Shown here: positions 1 to 13,694 of the stretch, in pieces | Layout of the letters: every line of letters starts with the position of its first letter | Position numbering within the stretch: the stretch's first letter is position 1 | Assembly: GCF_018977255.1 (NCBI RefSeq) | Contig: NW_024704742.1 | Location: 93,808,001 to 93,872,000, forward strand | Length of the DNA stretch: 64,000 nucleotides | Source of the DNA: Callorhinchus milii | Lineage: Eukaryota | Direction of reading: 5' to 3' | Translations under genes and position numbers: made by a program | The notes under the pieces: generated by a model | Databases searched by the model: none | What the model was told of the DNA's origin: nothing | What the model saw: only the letters and a program-made list of their open reading frames with translations

Positions 1-521
1 TAACGTATCTAAATTCGTGGATGACACTAAACTAGGTATGAGAGTAAGCTCTGAGGATGATGCAAAAAGATTGCAACGGGATATAGATAGGCTAGGGGAG
101 TGGTCTAATGGGTGGCAGATGGAATTTAATGTGGTGAAGTTATTCACCTAGGTAGCAAAAATAGAAAAACAGATTATTTTCTAGAAGGGGAGAGATTAGA
201 TAGTGTTAATGTTCAGAGGGATTTGGGTGTCCTTGTACACCAGCCTCAAAAAGTTAGTTTGCAGGTGCAGCAAACAACTAAGAAAGCGAACGGCATGTTA
301 GCGTTCATTTCAAAAGGTTTAGAGTACAAGAGGAGGGAAGTCTTGCTGCAACTGTATAGGGCCTTGGTGAGACCGCACCTAGAATATTGTGTGCAGTTTT
401 GGTCTCCTTATTTAAAAAAGGACATACTTGCCCTAGAGGGGGTGCAGCGTAGATTCACGAGGTTGGTTCCTGGGATGAGGGGACTGACCTATGAGGATAG
501 GCTGAATAAACTAGGGCTATA
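1..521 (+). mobile_element. CR1 LINE fragment, C-terminal part of ORF2 reverse transcriptase
   Basis: SKFVDDTKLG at the window start and ORF 223-525 LGVLVH...KKANGMLAFISKGLEYKRREVLLQLYRALVRPHLEYCVQFWSP; stops at the SINE tail at 522. Confidence 0.92.
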
Positions 522-838
522 TTAATAATAATAATAATCCTTGCATTTGATATAGCGCTTTTCACGTCGGGAGGACGTCCCAAAGCGCTTCACAGAACAC
601 ACTGTAAAGTGAATTGACTGTATATTTGTGGGCGAACGCGGCAGCCAATTGCGCAAAGCAATGTCCCACAAACAGTCGTAGATTGAAAATGACCAATTTA
701 TTATTGTTTTGGGTTTTGGAGGGATTATTATTAGGTGTGTGGAGTAAGGAAACTTGCCCAAGGTTTTGCCCTGCCTGGAATTGAACTCAGGTCTCTCACT
801 TGCAAAGCGAGTGCTCTAACCACTGAGCTACAGGACTC
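522..838 (-). mobile_element. Full-length young SINE (family A): tRNA-Ala(TGC)-like head, L2-type tail, (TTA)n end
   Basis: Reverse strand has A box TAGCTCAGTGG and a B-box-like GAGTTCAATTCC; about 10 substitutions relative to the copy at 41009-41326 by eye. Confidence 0.92.
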
Positions 839-1586
839 TGATGTTCTGATGATTCCTGGTAAGAAATACCTTGGTACATTTGAAACAGATATATAATATA
901 AACATCCTCCTCTTACAAAAGAGCCTGCATTAACACACTCAGAGGGTAGTGATTTATGAATTCACTTTCAGTTCTTGAACATAAGTGATCTTAATTGTAG
1001 ATAACAATTGCATTATATGGTTATGTAGAGATGTGCTTAACACTGGAGCAGCCTGATGCCGAGCCATACAAAGAGAGGAGGTGATGATAGGCCCAGTTGA
1101 AGAAGTAGGTCTTCAAATGTGCTCCGCAGATCTGTATAGATGCAGCATTAACGTGTAAAGATATTTCCTAAAATGACAAAATACTGGACTTTAGATAAAG
1201 AGATCAAAGTCAATTAAACCATTTTCCTTTCTAAAGTAAGCAGGGTATGTTTGGCAATGTTATGCCCATCTGAACAAGATACATTTTTTTAATATAGCAC
1301 TTCAGATGTTTGCAATCCCATTTCTTTCCTTTTCTCCAAACTGTTTAAATATACTTACTTCACAAGTATCAATCTCAGTGTTGGTTAAGTCACCAAATGA
1401 ATTGTGTGTGTGTGTGTGTGTGGCACCATCCTTAGCTGGAGTAGAGGGAACTCTGTGTCCAGCACTTGTGCTTGAATTGGGAGTGGCTGATGCTATAATT
1501 GTGCAGACTAGGAACCAAATGTTCAATTGGCAGCAACATTTTCTATTACTCCAATAAGCACATTATTGGCTCAGCTTTGTGCCCAT

Positions 1587-1995
1587 CTTGGCTCAGTTGG
1601 TAGCAGCCTTGCCTCTGAGTCAGAATGTTTTGGGTGCAAGCCCCACGTCAGGACTTGAACTCGCATTGTCCAGGCTGACACTCCAATGCAGTGCTTGGGG
1701 TGTGCTATATTGATACATTAAACCGACTGCCTGTTCAGGTGGACTTTAAAGATCCCATGGCGCTATTCAAAAAGCGAAGGGAGTTTCTCCCAGTGTCCTG
1801 GCCAACAATCCCCCAAATAAAAAAAAAGGTTATTAATTTCCTGGCTGTTTGTAGAACATTGCCCTGTGTAATTGGGCTGCCACGTTTATCTACAAATACA
1901 CAATCACTCCACTTCAGAGTAAATCGAGTTAAGCGCTTTGAGACGTCCTCCTGATGTGAAAGGTGCTATATCAAACAAAGAATTATTTATTATTT
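1587..1995 (+). mobile_element. Older tRNA-headed SINE with Deu-type core (family B)
   Basis: ttggctcagttggtagca head; core aaagatcccatggcgctattc...gggagtttctcccagtgtcctggccaa; tail shared with family A. Confidence 0.85.
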
Positions 1996-2282
1996 CTAAT
2001 GCTCACTATCAAACACAAAAGAAAAATCTGAATGTTTTCTGAACGTGACTGGATTAGTTCAAAGATGAGGTTTTCACTCTGAAAGCAATTATGTCTCAAA
2101 CACTGGATGAAACAATCCCATGCACTATTCCGTCAATTAGCAAAAACTCATTTATTTACTTTCAATCATTCCAACTTGCTCAGATGCCATCACAAGAATG
2201 CAGCAAACCTAAACAGTTTTCTCTGTGTTGTATATTAACAGTTTCCTGCACCTAAACTAAACCTAAGGCTTAACGACAGAAA

Positions 2283-2473
2283 TCCACCTGGGTCTAGGTT
2301 TAACCTTCTTATACAGCATTTTAGAACACCTAAAATTTGACAAAATTTTGAATTCAGCCTTAACTTTGAAGTTTTTAGATGAACTTACTCGACTTCAAAA
2401 TTATTTAAGAATTTGCCAAATTCTGGATGCTTTGAAATGCTTAGAAAAAAGGCTAAATCTAAATCCAAGTGGA
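2283..2473. mobile_element. Palindromic MITE-like element, copy 1
   Basis: Ends tccacctgggtctaggttt / aaatctaaatccaagtgga; related copies at 13497 and 32015. Confidence 0.65.
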
Positions 2474-2502
2474 AATTCTTCCATCGTAGGCAACTATGTG
2501 TC

Positions 2503-2865
2503 AGGCTGGCTCAGTTGGTTGTGCTGAGTGGGAAGGTTATGGGTTCAAGATCTACACTGGGATATCATCTGAGCTGCCACTCCAATGTATTTCTAGGGGA
2601 GTGCTGCATTGTTGAAGGTGCTGTCCTACAGATAAGACATTAAGCCAAGGTTCCGTCTGCCAGTTCAGGTGGATGTTAAAGATCCCATGGCACTATTTGA
2701 AAAGAGAAGGGAGTTTCTCCCGGTGTCCTGGCCAATAAATCCCCCAAAATAAAATTGGTCATTCACTTCATGGCTATTTGTGGGACATTTCTGTGTACAA
2801 ATTGGCAGCTACGTGTATGCAAAAACACACAGTCATGTTACGCTTTGCAGTATATCCTGTGAAGT
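2503..2865 (+). mobile_element. Family B SINE (Deu-type)
   Basis: Head tggctcagttgg; core gttcaggtggatgttaaagatcccatggcactatttg...cggtgtcctggccaa. Confidence 0.85.
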
Positions 2866-3219
2866 CTCCTGCAGCTGAAATAGTGCCTGCAATGGATACT
2901 AGCAGATTATGCAGTGCATTCGTGATTAATCCATTCAGTTGTGTAGGATTACTCTGTGTTTTACACAGTAACACCTATTCCAGGTAGTTGCGAAGAATTT
3001 AAAGCACTTGATGCAACAAATTGACTATTGTTTACAAATGTTTAACGCACTGCACCAGACTTTTCTATTTGCATCATTCATAAAACACCGATTCGCAGAA
3101 GTAACCAGTGTCACCCACACTTAATACAGTGCATTCTCAGCTAAACATTCACAACAAGTATCCAGCCCACACACACACCAATTAGTAAAGGGCATCCCAG
3201 TTTACATTCATTTATCCTA

Positions 3220-3755
3220 AAAGTTGAAGGGATAAGCTATGAAGAAAGATTAGATAAACACATTTTACAATGTAGAACAAAGATTGATAAGGGCATTGAA
3301 TCGTTCAAAATAATAAATGCTTCAGATCATGCAACACAAGCAAGATGAGAAAATAGAGCCGGAGGACAGAAATGGGAATTAATGAAAAGTAATTTAAAAC
3401 AATCAACAAAACTTCTCAAAGAGTAAAAATGTTTGGAATAATCTACAAACCAAGGTAATAGAAGCAAAACTTTGAGGGGAACTTCAACATAATTAGCTGC
3501 TGTGATGGGTTAATGTAACTCTCATGTAGAATCATAGAATCTTACAGGACAGAAGGAGGTCATTCAGCCCCATTGTGCCTGTGCCGGCTATTTGAAAGAG
3601 CTATCCAACTAGTCCCACTGCGCTGCTCTGACACCACAGTACTGCAAATTTTTCCTTTTCAAGTACAGTACATATCTGATTCCCATTTGAAAGCTACTTT
3701 AAAATCAGCTAGCACCACCACCTTTTCAGGCAGTGCATTCTAGATCATAATGTAA
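3220..3755. mobile_element. Two decayed CR1 3' fragments in opposite orientation (+ ~3220-3520, - ~3525-3755)
   Basis: aagctatgaagaaagattagataaac (SYEERLDK-like) on +; tagaatcatagaatcttacag...ggtcattcagccc is a CR1 3' terminus on -. Confidence 0.6.
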
Positions 3756-6254
3756 TTTTCATGCCTTTCACATCAAGACGTCCTCCCAATCGTGAAAGTT
3801 GTTGTATAAATGTATGTGTGTTGTAAAGGGGGCATGAACTTTGGCAGTTGAATAACTGTTCTCATTGCTGACCTTTCTTATTTTTGTCATAATCAGAGTG
3901 AACACCTTGCGTCACACACTCCAATTTGTACACTACATCCTGACTGCCAGAGAAACAGTCTCTGTGTTGAGCTAGAAAAACTAAATAGACCATTGGGGAA
4001 CAAATTATAATTTTATCATTCATCGTTAGAGATTTTACAAATTGTTTATTTACTTGTAGACAAATTAGAAACAATTTTATGGCTCTGCATAAAATCAGCA
4101 CTCAAAAGATTTTTCAGATACGGAATGCGCTTTAATTTGTTAAACCTATAGAGCAGTGGTTAACACTGTTACATATGTAGAGGAGAAAAGGCTCCAAGCA
4201 TATAGTGCCACCTCCCAAAGATGTAATGAAAACAAGGTCTGGTTCTCTACATTGCTTTAGAGCACGTGACAACTCCAGTGGTGTCAGTTGAGGAGACCTC
4301 ACATGTGCCGACCATAGCCAGATAGAAGCATCTAGTGAATCTTGTGAACACAAGCATCAGAGATCAGAATATACTGTATACATGTCGTTTACAGTATATT
4401 CTGTGAAGCGCTTTGTGACATCGCGAAGACTTGAAAAGGCTCTATATCAATTGCAAGGATTACTATTATTATTTATAAAATAGTTAAATCAAAGTCACGA
4501 ATGTTCATATTGCCTTCAATTTCCCTTATTTGAAAATAAATCTTTATTGCAGATGCATTGGACCCTGATATTCACGTATTGACTAAGTTGAGTGGAAATA
4601 TAAATATGCGTAAACGTGGATGGAATGTCTGGAGTATTGTCCATGTGAAGCACTACTCTCAGCATTCCTACCCTCAAAAACTGGAGTTAAAGTCTTCAAG
4701 GCTAAAAAGTCCAATTTAGCTTATTAAGGGCACTTTTAAAAGTCATTAAGGATGGATTATTTCAGGATTGCTCAGCTGAGAAAGCACGTTGAAAAGTCAA
4801 TAAGGAACACTATTTACACGCCTCTCCTTTTTCTCTGGCCACAGTGAGGAATTTCAGGCCATTCGTATTTTTTTAAATCCCTTCGGATAAGCATTACATA
4901 AAAATAATAATTTTTGCATTTGATATAACTCTTTATCAAATTATCAAAATGTCTCAAAATCCTTCACAGAATTTGAAGCAATGTGTAGGGTTTGTGTATT
5001 TGTGTTGCTTGCCTCTTAAGGAAAATAGTGACAGCACAGACTCTCCTCCTCAGTGGAAGATAAGTGGGGTCTCCTTCGGGCTGAACTGGCTCTAAGATGA
5101 TGTGCTTTGCAACAGAATGCAAGAATCTAGTTGACCCTCTGGGTGTTCTCCGTATAATTTTATAATTCTTTTATCATTCGATAATCCTGAGCCAGGCAGA
5201 CCCAGAGTACTCCAAGTCTTGCTGATGTCAAATCAGCCAGTCTGACTCATCAGCAGGGCTTGGAAGGCTGGAGCAGTCACTGGGGACAGGGATTGTTTTC
5301 CTACTTAGCTCCTGGTAACCCTGCAAGCCAAAGCCCTAACGGGAAAGGTGGTCCAAGCTGGACAAGCAAGTTTGACAGTGATAACAATGGCAAGCTATGT
5401 GGTCTTAGCTGGTTAAACTCCAGCAGTACCTCGATGCACACTCTGTGGTTCATACTTTGCAGAATTAGTTAAGCAGGAGGCATGGGGAAAGTATGCATTC
5501 TATTCTAGACACTGGGAAATTTCATATTTAGGGTGAGCGCTCCAAGACACGGTTCAGCATGAAGGGTACTATATAAATGCAGGTTGTTTTTGTTGGATGC
5601 AGATCTGAATATGTAGAACTTTCAATTTGGTTTGGATACTCATGCACAGTGATGAGTTTTCATGTGTCCACATGAGTCAGAAACCAAGCTGACCAAAACA
5701 TACAGTGGCACAAAGTCTGTGGGATTTTAAGAGTCACGGCATTCTACCACTGTATAAATAATGTCCATTTAGAAACAACCAATATTTTCTACTATTTAAA
5801 CAATTTATCAATTGCGTCTGAATTATTCAAGAAAAATATTTATATTTCTTTAAAAATGATGTGTCCAGCTCTCAGATACCTTTTCAAGAGCCAGATATAT
5901 TAGCACTGTTTTTATCCAGTGATCATATGCAACAAGAACAACAACTTAACTTTATATAGCACTGTTCACACAGTAAGATAACATCTTAGAATGCTTCAAA
6001 CAATAACTTATTAATGACTTTGATTCTTGTGGTATTTTCCTTTTGATACCATATTTGTTTTTTCTAATCTCTACAATTCAAAACAAATGAACATTTAGCC
6101 AGTGCTATTCACATTGGGAGGACATCCAAACATCCAAAACCTACCCCTTTTTCTAATTAGTTTCACTTCACTTTTTTGTACTTATTGAAAACTATAAGTT
6201 TATGCAAAACATAATATATTTATTGGTGAAGCTGGAAATGTAGTGAGTTGAGTG

Positions 6255-6955
6255 CTAGATGGAGGAGGGGTGCTGTAGGGGTGAGGGAAGGCAGAGAGGT
6301 GGGAGGGAGACCAAAGGCACAGTCGAAGAGAAGGGTCTTGAGATTGGGCTTGAAAGAGGCAAGGGAGGAAGCGAAGTGAAGGGACCGTGGGATGGCGTTT
6401 CAGAGTGTGAGGGCAGAGAGGCTGAAAGCCCGGCCACCGATGGTAGGGCGGGTCGGGCGGGAGACATGGAGCAGGCCGGAGCCCGATGAATGGAGGGAGC
6501 GGGCAAGTTGTTAAGGAGTCAGCAGGTCAGACAGGTAGGAGGGGGCAAAAAGGTTAAAGGTGAGGATGAGGATTTTGAACTCGATCCTCTGGGGGATGGG
6601 GAGCCAGTGGAGTCGGGCGAGGGTGGGAGTGATGGGGTCACGGAGCCTGGTGCGTGAGAGTACGCGAGCTGCAGAGTTTTGGATGATCTACAGCTTGTGA
6701 AGGGAAGAGTTGGGAAGGCCGATGAGGAGGGAGTTCCCGTAATCGAGCCTTGATGTGACGAATGCGTGGGTGAGGGTTTCGGCAGCCTGAAGGGTGAGGG
6801 AGTGGTGGAGTCTGACAATGTTGCGGAGGTGGTGGTAAGCAGTGCCAGCCATGGGAGAGAAAGGACAGTTCAGGGTCAAACAAGATACCCAGGTTCCTGA
6901 CTGGCTTAGTGAGGTTGAGTGTGCAACCGTGGAGGCTGATGCTACCACCGCCTGA
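6255..6955 (-). mobile_element. L2 LINE 3' fragment
   Basis: Translation [48 protein letters not shown]. Confidence 0.92.
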
Positions 6956-6957
6956 GA

Positions 6958-7335
6958 ACTACAACAACTTGGCATTATATAGTGCTCTTCATGAGGGGTA
7001 GCATCTTGGAGCGTTGAACAATGATGTAGTTTGATACTGAGTCAGGGAGAAAGGGGAAATATAGTTGAAGAGCAAGGTCTTCAGAAGCGAGCTGAAGACG
7101 GGCAGAGAGGGGGCAAAGCAAAGGTACTGAGGCGGGGAGTTCCACAGATTCGAAATGTAGTGACTGACAGCATCGCCGCCATTGAGAAAACAGAGGTGTC
7201 AGGGGATATGCAGAGGCTCGAGCTGGCCAAGCAAAGATGGGAGGTACCAGGTCATGAAGTGATTTGTAAGTGAGTGTGAGGATCTTGAAATCTGCAACAG
7301 GGCGCCAATGGAGCCTGGAATAGACTGGGGTAATA
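6958..7335 (-). mobile_element. L2 LINE 3' end, older
   Basis: (AAC)n tail then reverse-strand SRLHWRPVADFKILTLTYKSLHDL. Confidence 0.8.
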
Positions 7336-7782
7336 GGTAATAGTTTGTAAATGAGGATATACATGGCAGAAAGTGAGGGGGGGAAATCAAAGTATTAGGA
7401 ATGGAATAATCTTCTGCTGTGTTTTGAGGTCAGTCTGTGAACTGATTACTTCAATTATAGGTAAACTTGTAAAGACAAGAATATGGAATGGAATTTGAAA
7501 GATCATTTCACTGCTGGCAGGACTATTATTTAACATGTATGAAAATCCAGAGTGCAAAACTATAGATGTAAAATTATACTTATTGGTCAACAGTTGGACA
7601 TCAAGTAAAGAGGTGTTTAATATCTCTCAGGTGAAGTCACTTGAATATTGCACACACAAACACACACACACAACCAGAATGAGGGTGAATTCCAGGCTCA
7701 TTTGAACGAGTCACAATAATTTGTGAATCTTTTAGTAACTGTATCTATAATAAACACTTATAATAAATATAATAATAATAAA

Positions 7783-7893
7783 TAAATAATAATCCTTGCA
7801 TTTTGATATAGCGCTTTTTCACGTCTTCTCGACGTCTCAAAGCGCTTCACAGAATATACTGTAAAGTGAATTGACTGTATATTTGTGGGCGAA
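7783..7893 (-). mobile_element. Family A SINE 3' fragment
   Basis: aataatccttgcattttgatatagcgc...aaagcgcttcacagaatatactgtaaagtgaattgactg. Confidence 0.85.
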
Positions 7894-9835
7894 ACTTATT
7901 ACACTTATTATAACTGCATATAAATGCAGTTATTCAAACAGGGTTGAGACAGCATTCATTACAATAATGTGTAGTTTGTCTGGCAGAAACATTCTTTTGC
8001 TGTGAAAATCTGTCCTATCCTTGAAATATTTTTAAAAAAGGAATATGTAGAAAGAAAAGAAGCCTTCAAGGTGCACCCTGGGCCTCTTCCTAACATAGCT
8101 TTTGCTTGATTTCCATGATTTTTTTTTCTCTCTTTCTGAAACAAGCTACTCAGTAAAAGTAAAGAGTGAACTGGGAGATCTATAAACAAGTATAACACAT
8201 GTCCAACTTCAGAGTGGAGGTTTACATAAATGGCCCCTCAGACTAAACGGTCCCCTGTAATCTCCAGTGCAAAAGGAGTCTCTGTCGTGCCCTGTGTGTT
8301 TGTTACCACAAACTGCAGGATGACAGTTTGATTACATTTATGACATTCAGGCGGTTGTGCTATGCCATGAAAATGCTGAGCATATGGTTTTAACCAGCGA
8401 GAGCAGACTGACTCTTTGCTCTCAGTCCAGACCCTAATCGATAACCATGCAGTTAACCAGAGATGACAGGAAATGAATTAATCCTGAAAATATGTTGTGA
8501 CATAATACCACACAGAAGATAAACTGCTTACCAGTCAAGATATGTGCAGACATTTGCAAGAATGCTAGCGTTTTGACATATCCTTGGTATTATTATTATT
8601 ATTATATCCTTGGTAGGTCTCAACCAATACTGGGGCACAACAGAAAAAAACCTGCATATTTTACACATCAGGAACAAAAGTTCACTCTTTTCTTAAACAA
8701 CGACCCTTTATGGATTGAAACCTTAAGGAGCACTTGATCAAATTCTGAAAGAAAAGAAATTGAAAGTTTTTTTATTTAAAAAAAGACTCAATGTTGAGCG
8801 GTGCAAGTAGCAGTTTATAAAGGCACATTTGCCAGAAAACAGGGCTGCACTGTAGCTCCCAGGAATGAAAGAGCAATGACAAAAAGACATTGAGAGAGAG
8901 TGGGGAGTGTGAGAGAATGGGTAAAACCTGTGTTTACAGTAGATGTGGGTGGGCAGCTCCAAGACTGTTTATGTATTCTGGCGAGGAGACAAACAATACT
9001 CTGCATTCCAACTGCTGTGAACCAGATGAGTAGGTATTTCAGATGTAGTGCAAAGAGCAGAAGAAATGAACTGCAAAAAAAGGGGCAAGACAGAATGATG
9101 GGAACTAGATAGACAGCAAAGGAGTGGGAGAGACCCACAGAAAATACATTAGTATTAAATGTGCCATTTGATGATGAGGAAATGTACTGCAAGATCGAGG
9201 GTTGATGAGAGCAGAAATAAGAAACAAAATCTTGGAAATTATAGTAACCCGACATTCATAAATATGTCACAAGCAGTGATTTTTTCCTGCTAACTGGAGG
9301 TGCATCTGAGCACTCTTTCCACTTTGAGTTGCTACCCTGCCTAAGGTGCCCTATATAAATACATGTTGTCGTTGGCGTTCATGCTACATACTTCCAGGAG
9401 TCAGAGCAGAGCTCCCATGGTTCGGGGTGACCCACATCCAGTGGTGTGGGTTTTTGCGACTTCCTGATGTGACTGTTGAGTTTTTCACCTCCCCTTTTCC
9501 CTTGCATCCAACCCTTGCACAGTCCAGCACTCCAAGATGCTATCTTTGTATGAAGGGCGCTATATGATGCAAGTCATTGCTGCTGTAACAAGAATTTCTG
9601 ACTCTCACTGAATGTTGGTGTGTATAATTATTCCTGACTCAGATTTGTCTCACCAAATGCAACATTGGTGACAGATACTCCAAACTGGACTACTTTTCAA
9701 AGGGAACCAAACAGACCAAAGGATCAATCCTGAAAAACTTGGATTCTTTGTGAGGGTATTTGGCGCATAATTTAATTTAATAATAAACAACATGTGAAAC
9801 AAATCAGTAAAACAAAATAAGGCAAAAAAAATAAA

Positions 9836-10967
9836 AGCAATCCAGCATTTGATATAATGCCCTACCACATCTTTGAGACATCTCAAAATGCTTCATAGAA
9901 TGTACTGTAAAGCGAATTGTCGGTATATTTTGTGGGCGAGACATGGCAGCCAATTGCGCACAGCAGTGTCCCACACACAGTTGTGGATCGAGGGATTAAA
10001 TTATTATTTTAAATTTTATTTTTGAAGGGATTATTAACCCGGGGGAAGCGATCTGCCAAATGACTAATGAACGGGTACCCACTTTCTGCTAGGTAAACAG
10101 AAGCGAGTGGAATAAGGAACAACAACAGCAAAATTACATTTGTATAGCACCTTTCACATCAGGAGGACGTCCCAAGGCGTGGCACAGACCAAGTTATGGA
10201 CCCGCACTGAGGGTCGGAGTGGGGGATGGGGGAGGGCAGGGGGGAAAGCAGGGAGATCGAAAGCATGGTCGAAGAGGAGGATCTTGCAGTGGGTCTTGCA
10301 GGTAGCGAGGGAGGGGGTGAGATGGAGGGACTGTGGGATGGAGTTCCAGAGGGTGGGTACAGAGTGGCGGAAGGCCCGCCCACCAATTGTGGGGCTAGCA
10401 ACACGGAGGACGTGAAGCAGGCCAGAGCCTGCTGAGCGGAAGGAGCGAACAAGATGGTGGAGGGTTAGGAGGTCGCAGAGGTAGGTGGGAGCAAGACTGT
10501 GGAGGGCTTTGCAGGTGAGACCAGGATCTTGAACTGTATCCTCTGTGTGATGGGAAGCCAGTGGAGTTGGGCGAGGGTGGGAATGTTAGGGTCATGGAGC
10601 CTACTGCGGGAGAGGACACAGGCTGCATAGTTCTGAATGATCTGCAGCCTGTGGAGGGAGGAGTTGGAGAGTCCGACAAGCAGTGAGTTTGCATATTCGA
10701 GCCTCGATGTAATGAAAGCGTGTACGAGGGTTTCAGCAGCCTGCGTTGTGAGACAGTGTCGGAGCCGGGCAACGTTGCGGAGGTGGGGGAGGGCAGAGCG
10801 GGTCATGGCGCAAATGTGGGGTAGAAAGGAGAGTCTTGTCGAACAAGATCCCAAGGTTCCGGACTGGCTTAGCAAGGAAACCTGTCTAACGTTTCACTCT
10901 GCCCGGAAATTGAACCCAGTTCTTCTTGCTTGCTCGGCGATTGCTCTAACCACTAAGCTACAGGACT
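9836..10967 (-). mobile_element. Family A-related SINE split by a nested L2 insertion
   Basis: Tail and body at 9836-10119, tRNA-like head at 10874-10967; aaggaa occurs at both junctions. Confidence 0.8.
10120..10873 (-). mobile_element. 5'-truncated L2 LINE
   Basis: (AAC)n tail at 10120; [39 protein letters not shown]...LAQLHWLPITQRIQFKIL. Confidence 0.93.
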
Positions 10968-12029
10968 TAAAAAATTCAAAAAGAATATACATGGCTCTAA
11001 AATGAAAAGTGCTAGTCAATAAGATATATAACAATAAGGCCAGAATCATTGTTAAAAAAAGCACATCACTAAATTACAAAAGAATAATTCAACTCTGAAG
11101 TTTAAAATCATATCATAAAACACAAGACCAAAGGTTGACCAGTTCATGGTCAACATATTAAGCCTGAGACTGCGACTCACCGAAACCCAAATATTTTAAG
11201 AGCAGAAATTTGTGATACAATATTTTTCATTAGCTTATCTTCATGGTGATCCGAATTTTTTGTATCTGTTTTCAGTAGAGTACTGATCTGCACAGAACTT
11301 CAGAGAACATAACTTCTGTATATTCCATTTGTAATCTACCACTACCTCCTTCATAATCCCACTACTGTCTAATGAAGTCAAAGTACAAAGATGCATTAAA
11401 AACTTAAAGGAAAGAGATTCTTTCAACAGAATTATTTTTCATGTGAGGTGATTCATTGCCAAAAATAATTTTCTTATTTAGTAAGAAAATATTTTTAGTT
11501 TAGAATTCATTTCGAAATCAGAATAATCTCAGAGCAATATCCTCAAGATAAAAATCAAATTAAAATCAGTGTGACCGAATAGACTCTGAGGTTCTTTGTC
11601 TTAATTAGAGAAATACAAATATTTTAGATCTACTTTGTATGTTTTTAACTGATCTTGTGAGAAGCGCAAGTTTATCTCTTAAAGAAGGAAAATTACTGCA
11701 GGAAACTACAATTTCGCAAAATAGGCTCTTGTTTCTTGTCTCCTTCCAACTTAAATCTTCTAGAAAAACAGAAAATAAATCTTGTTTTAAATTATTTTTA
11801 ACTTGTTGAAAGTAAATTATTTTTGGCACTGTTTGATAGTTCAGGTGGTGTTTGTAGAGTCATATTATAGTAGGAATAAGGGTGGGCAGATCATTTTGGG
11901 AGCTTACGTTTGAATTAGTACCAGATGGGATCGACTGCCAATGGACAATACTATAATGGATGGCTGTTTGGCCCTGAAATTCAGGAGACTCTAATGACAT
12001 TGTTAAACTTCAGTTGCAGCTTGCCTGAT

Positions 12030-12535
12030 GGCTTAATGGTAAATGTAGGGTCCAAGACCAGGAGGGTCCCTTTGATTCGTATCAGTGATAATTTAAGGTG
12101 GATAGTGCTTAGGGTGAATTGACTTCAGAGCCAGAATTGCTGCTCTGAATCACTATCCAGTAGTCCAGAGTGCCCATTTACAGTTCTCAGCAGAGGCTTC
12201 CCCAGAAAGACCCTGTCAGCATTCAAACTAAGGCTCCTGCCAGTATAAATGACCTCTGGGACAAGGTATTAATTGACTCCTGGTAACCAGGAATCTAACA
12301 TGGCATAATTCTTATGGAAACAAGAGAGAGTAAATCCCTCCAGATTTATACAATTATCGTGTTTTTTTCCGCTTTTACTGTTCTCTTCTCTGTTGAACTC
12401 ACCAGGTTCACATTGTTCCATGAACAGTGGCCACCCTCTGTTTTTAATGACCATTCTTGACATGTGAACCTAGGCATTGAATGTTGAAAAGGTGAAGGAG
12501 TGCCGATCACAACTCAGCCAGAGCCAGATACACTA
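12030..12535. mobile_element. Possible LF-SINE-like remnants (+ ~12030-12170, - ~12448-12535)
   Basis: gccagaattgctgctctgaatcactatccagt and ccattcttgacatgtgaacctaggcattgaatgttg resemble my recollection of LF-SINE segments. Confidence 0.4.
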
Positions 12536-13129
12536 GTTTAACTATAAATTGTGCAGTTTGCCATTGTGGATGCTGACAAGCAAGCTTCTCGCTGCTTATC
12601 TAGCCAGAGCATTAAAGCTTTGGTTTACAGGGTTACATGAGCCTTGTTGGACACCTCTGCACATTTCAGATCAGCCTCAAGGCCAGATCAAAGTGAACAG
12701 GAAACATCTCAGGAAAGAAAACATGATACACAAAATTGAGTTTTTTTTTGATAGATGTCATTTTATTTTGAGTGCGGGCAATTTGGTAGTACTTTGTATA
12801 GATATTATTTCTAGCCTTTTCACAGGAGAACAACTGAGATTCGGTTGAAGAAAATCCTTTGGCCTATTTGATCTCATTCTTCCAAATTAATAACTCTGCT
12901 AGCTTTTCACTACAGTGTCAAGTGATATCTAAAATGATTCTACTTGTTTTTTGGCCTCAAGTTAACATCCTTTCCTGATAACTCCAGCTGTTGATTCCAC
13001 TTCTGTGTAAAAAAAATCACTTCCTGCTGTCTGTCTTAAAATTACCCTCCACAGCCCTGAATCTGTGCTCCCTTGTCCTGTTGCCTGGGTTTATGTGAAA
13101 GTATTTTTCTGGGTGTATTTTAGTTATAG

Positions 13130-13495
13130 GTTTGAGCCCCACATGTAGGTGTTGAACTCAGAGCCTACTCTGACAGTCTAATACAATGCTGGGGCTGTGC
13201 TGCGTTGTCAAAGGTGCCATTCTTTAGATGAGACATTAACCTGTAGTCCGGTTTGCCTGTTCACAGAGGTGTTAAAAATCCCATGACACTATTTAAAAAG
13301 AGAACAGAGTTTCTTCCAGTGTCCAGGCCAACAATCCCTCAAATAAAATTGATCATTCCTGCAAATTGACTGCTGCGTTCGCATACAAAATACACAGGCA
13401 CTACACTTTACATTCAATCCTGTGAAGAAGCACTTTGAGATGTTCTCCTGATGTGAAAGGTGTTAGATTAAATACCAGAATTATTATAATTTATT
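13130..13495 (+). mobile_element. Family B SINE (Deu-type), decayed
   Basis: gatgagacattaac...aaaaatcccatgacactattt...gtgtccaggccaacaatcc; tail ctgatgtgaaaggtg. Confidence 0.8.
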
Positions 13496-13496
13496 A

Positions 13497-13694
13497 TAGA
13501 TTAACTCTATTCTCTTAACATTTCAGATTGTCCAGAATTTGGTAAATTATTAAATACAACCTTAATTTTGAAACAAATTTTCTGTAAGAATTACAAAAAA
13601 GCCTTCAAAGCCGAATTCAGCTGAATTCAACAATTTAAAAAATTTGGACAATCTGAAATGCTAAGAAAATTGAATAAATCTGGAACCAGGTGGA
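13497..13694. mobile_element. Palindromic MITE-like element, copy 2 (left end lost)
   Basis: cttaacatttcagattgtccagaattt pairs with aaatttggacaatctgaaatgctaag; ends aaatctggaaccaggtgga. Confidence 0.65.
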
